A stretch of DNA of 64,000 nt, taken from positions 335,426 through 399,425 of the forward strand of contig JBAZFC010000001.1 in the NCBI GenBank assembly GCA_041653635.1, given 5' to 3'. Origin of the DNA: Candidatus Micrarchaeia archaeon (GTDB taxonomy: Archaea > Micrarchaeota > Micrarchaeia > Anstonellales > Bilamarchaeaceae). The notes below the pieces were generated by a model. That model saw nothing but the letters and a program-made list of their open reading frames with translations, was not told the origin of the DNA and did no database searches. This document shows, piece after piece, positions 61,112 to 64,000 of this stretch (position 1 is the stretch's first letter; each line of letters opens with the position of its first letter). A program made the translations under genes and the position numbers.

Positions 61112-64000
61112 ATGAACATTGATGCTACCCTCCAGGAGTCCCTGCGCAAGCAGAAGAACGAGTATTACGTTGATGAACAGGGCGCGGACGCGCACCTAAA
61201 GCAGTCTGCCAGAAGGGACGCCCTTGATTTCGCCAACATGCACGGCGTTGCGCTCAAATCCAAAGCTGACGCCGAGCAGCTCTTCGCCTACATGAGGACG
61301 GCGCGCACGACCGAGAAAATGCTGAAGAAGGTCGCCAAAAAATTTGACAAGGCGACGCACGAACGCGCCCTTGCGCTCTCCAGGCAGCATCTTTTCTTGA
61401 CCCAGACCGAGGCGGAAGCTTACGAACTCTTCCTGCAGGCGGACTGCGCCCTCAGGGGCGACATGAGCATGCACGTATTCCACGTTTCACATGCGCCCTC
61501 CGCGCGTTTCAGCGATCCCGTTGTTGCCGCGGTAAGGCAGCGTTATTTCGCCAACGGAGTTCCAATCCCGCGCGCCACGCTGATGCAATGGTTCATGGAA
61601 GAGAAGCAATACCAGAAGGACCCATTCCTGTTCGTGATGAAAGCGCTCGGCCGCGAAGTCCAATTCACCGTTCCTGCAGGCGATGGCACCGGAAATCTGT
61701 CCGCCGAGGAGCAGAAGGCACGCTTTGCCGCAATCACCATGCACAAGCTCTCTGCCGAAGGCAACATGCCGCCCGAGCTAATGCATCTTAGCAGGTTGGA
61801 ACAGGCGCATGCGTTCTTTGCCGATGCACGCTATTCACGGCTGGTTTCCAGCGCGACCCCAAAAACTGCAGAAAAGGCAGCGGCAGCCGCGCCCACCGCG
61901 CCGGAAGCCGAGGCCGAACCCAGGCAATCCGAGCCCTCCTCCGGATTCCTTAAGGCGAAGGAGCTCATAGGCAAGGCGGCGGACGAATTCAGGAAGGCCC
62001 GCGACGACAGGCTGAAGGCGGAAGAGGCGCGTGCAATCAAAAGTGCGTTCCCAGCGCTCATGGGGATGCTCAGGAAATCACTGTCCGCCGCAATGGGCAA
62101 GGACGTCTCCGCAGAGGAAGCCACCGAGCTCATTGTGGACGGGCCGAAGAACAAGGACGGCTTCGCCACAGGGAGGAAAGGCCTTCTGGAGATGTTTGAG
62201 GCATACCAGCCCATGGCCATACAGATGGCGGACATGCTGGCGATTGCAGTCGGGAAGGAAAAGGCGAAGCTTGAGGCGAAACGCACCAACAAGTATCCCG
62301 AGAAAAAGGCTGGCCTGGACGCATGGGAGATGGTGAAGCAGATGCCGTCCGTGCTGGCGGACGTGAACAGCAGGTTCGGCGCGTCAAACAAGGCGCAGCG
62401 CACGGACATGGACAGCGCGGTCGCCCAGGAGGACGCGATAAACCACGTACGCGGCCACCCCAGTGAAGTTGAAACCCCCGGACAGGCAATGGAGCTGTTC
62501 ACGCGCCTGCGCTGGGAGCGGCAGGTGGAAAGGCGGGTGGGGCACCGCATCACCGACAGGCTGATACCATACGATTTATCGCAGAAACTGAAGGAGGCGT
62601 TGCTTCAGGACGAGAAGCTCAGGGCACAGAAGGGATTCGCATCCGTAGATGAGGAGATTGCCTGGCACGTCTCATTTTTCAGTAAGAAAGGCGCGGGCTA
62701 CCCGGTGCAGCTCGTCGCCCACATGCGCCACAATGAGGGCGTGATTACACCCAAAGTATATGATGACGTCATGCGCAGGCTCGCGGTTGAGAACCCCGCA
62801 ATTTCCAACGAGGCCGAGCTCTTTGATTTCATAAGGAGGTCATGGAAGGTCAAGGCGGTTGAGCGCGTCTCCTTCCTCACCTCCAATGGCCTGCTCAGCA
62901 CCCCAGCCGGCGAGAGGGCGCTCAAAAGTATGCTCGCGGACGAGGAGCTGGCGAAGAAGGGCGATTTCTTGACCCCAAACGAGGAACTGGCCAGGTACGG
63001 TGATGCATGCCGCGAACTGAACGAGCCATATCCGGCAAAGCTTGTGCTGCACCTTTGGCAGGAGGGCGGCCGCATAACCCAGGAAGTGCATGGGGCGGCG
63101 CTCATGAGGATAATCCAGGAGAAGCTCGCATTCAAAGACGGCGACGAATTCGGCAGGTTCGTTGAGGTGGTGCGCGAGCACGTGGCTTCGCCCGACTTCG
63201 CGGACCGGAAGGGTTACAACGGCGCATTCGGCGCCACAGTAATGGCGCCCGCAGTGACCGATGATTCCGGCCTGCTTGCCGTAAGGGGAAGAGGCAGCAT
63301 GCCTTGCCCGGCGCCGAATCCTGCGAAGCCCGCAGCTGACAAAGCAGGTGCAGGCCCCGCGGCAGATGCCGCAAAGGCAGCTGTAGCTGAACCGGAGAGG
63401 ACAAGGACCGAGAAGATTGAGCCACTGAAAGACACCGCTGAGCAAGATGTCCCAATTGATTTGGTTGCTGCAAGACTTAAGGCAGCGGGCACTCCAGAAG
63501 GCGCACCCGCCGCACCGCAGGCATTCGCAGTGCCGGCCGCGCCTCCGTCCGTTGACATGGATACGTTCAAGACAACTTTACATCGCGCCCCGGTGCTGCC
63601 CGCACCGCCCGCAGCCTCTGCCCAGCCGGAAACCGTTGCAAAGCCCGGAACCGCGGCTCAGCCGGCGAGTACGGAAGCACTGCCGACCTTAGAGTCAGCC
63701 GTTCCGCCGGAGGTCATCGCCGCAAGCGCCTCGCTGCACACGGACATGCCGCCACTGCTGAGGGAGTTTGTAGACCGCGTTGACGAAGCACGCACCGCTG
63801 GCACTCTGGCATTCACAGTTCATGAAGAGCCGAAAGACGACCTTCCTGGTTTTGAGCCGGAACTGCCGGAGGGAGCTCCGGAAGTTGCAGCCACCGCCGC
63901 GGATCCTGAAGCAGAAGCCGCGGAAGGAGAGGAAGGAGAGAGAGAAACAATTTACGGCGCCCCTCCGGAAGAGCTTGTCGCACAGGCGGCGGGCGAGACC
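61112..64000 (+). CDS. large hypothetical protein, 3'-partial (at least 963 aa, runs off window end)
   Basis: Hand translation from ATG 61112 found no stop to position 64000; absent from the ORF track presumably because it lacks a stop; Ala/Pro-rich low-complexity region after ~residue 700; minus-strand ORFs in this region are Ser/Ala/Arg-rich shadow frames. Confidence 0.55.
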   Translation, partial: MNIDATLQESLRKQKNEYYVDEQGADAHLKQSARRDALDFANMHGVALKSKADAEQLFAYMRTARTTEKMLKKVAKKFDKATHERALALSRQHLFLTQTEAEAYELFLQADCALRGDMSMHVFHVSHAPSARFSDPVVAAVRQRYFANGVPIPRATLMQWFMEEKQYQKDPFLFVMKALGREVQFTVPAGDGTGNLSAEEQKARFAAITMHKLSAEGNMPPELMHLSRLEQAHAFFADARYSRLVSSATPKTAEKAAAAAPTAPEAEAEPRQSEPSSGFLKAKELIGKAADEFRKARDDRLKAEEARAIKSAFPALMGMLRKSLSAAMGKDVSAEEATELIVDGPKNKDGFATGRKGLLEMFEAYQPMAIQMADMLAIAVGKEKAKLEAKRTNKYPEKKAGLDAWEMVKQMPSVLADVNSRFGASNKAQRTDMDSAVAQEDAINHVRGHPSEVETPGQAMELFTRLRWERQVERRVGHRITDRLIPYDLSQKLKEALLQDEKLRAQKGFASVDEEIAWHVSFFSKKGAGYPVQLVAHMRHNEGVITPKVYDDVMRRLAVENPAISNEAELFDFIRRSWKVKAVERVSFLTSNGLLSTPAGERALKSMLADEELAKKGDFLTPNEELARYGDACRELNEPYPAKLVLHLWQEGGRITQEVHGAALMRIIQEKLAFKDGDEFGRFVEVVREHVASPDFADRKGYNGAFGATVMAPAVTDDSGLLAVRGRGSMPCPAPNPAKPAADKAGAGPAADAAKAAVAEPERTRTEKIEPLKDTAEQDVPIDLVAARLKAAGTPEGAPAAPQAFAVPAAPPSVDMDTFKTTLHRAPVLPAPPAASAQPETVAKPGTAAQPASTEALPTLESAVPPEVIAASASLHTDMPPLLREFVDRVDEARTAGTLAFTVHEEPKDDLPGFEPELPEGAPEVAATAADPEAEAAEGEEGERETIYGAPPEELVAQAAGET

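Noticed and set aside
61196-63570. Minus-strand ORFs listed by the track in the last 3 kb (61196..61483, 61831..62553, 62698..63135, 62840..63445, 63214..63570)
   Set aside because: All are Ser/Ala/Arg/Cys-rich and fragmented, whereas a single + strand frame is open for 2.9 kb from ATG 61112.
1-64000. CRISPR array or cas genes
   Set aside because: No series of regularly spaced identical direct repeats of 25-40 nt was seen; the only repeats are isolated palindromes and two-copy repeats.
1-64000. rRNA genes
   Set aside because: No long non-coding stretch with rRNA-like conserved segments; almost the whole window is protein-coding.

Overview
This 64-kb window looks like an archaeal chromosomal segment (GC-rich, tightly packed genes, archaeal-type RadA, FEN1, PCNA, TFE, Nop10, aIF2-alpha, L44e/S27e, and an intron-containing tRNA). 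All calls are from reading the sequence and the ORF track by eye; no searches were run. Most of the window is housekeeping: DNA repair and replication (RecJ-like DHH, RadA, FEN1, GINS-like, Hef-like helicase, PCNA), translation (L44e-S27e-aIF2alpha-Nop10-PAC2 operon, ThrRS, PheT, four tRNAs), SecD/SecF, dispersed purine biosynthesis genes (purF, purL, purQ, purD), GlmM/GlmU, NAD kinase, TIM and others. The most interesting feature is a compact five-gene membrane operon at 52745..56843 (two-TM pilin-like protein, polytopic membrane protein, membrane-anchored protein, VirB4/HerA-like P-loop ATPase, coiled-coil/winged-helix protein) that resembles a Ced/Ted-type or type-IV-secretion-like DNA-transfer apparatus; its two middle genes are separated by a single in-frame TAG. 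Other signals not explained by gene calls are a perfect 16-18 bp palindrome (ATGTAACCATGGTTACAT) at four intergenic sites, including upstream of purF and purL; a 38-nt exact repeat covering the purL start codon and the upstream region of a DUF814-like gene; a conserved ~95-nt leader upstream of two tRNAs; a 23-nt duplicated promoter-like motif; and an AT-rich island beside tRNA-Gly(TCC). No CRISPR array, rRNA, integrase or transposase was seen.
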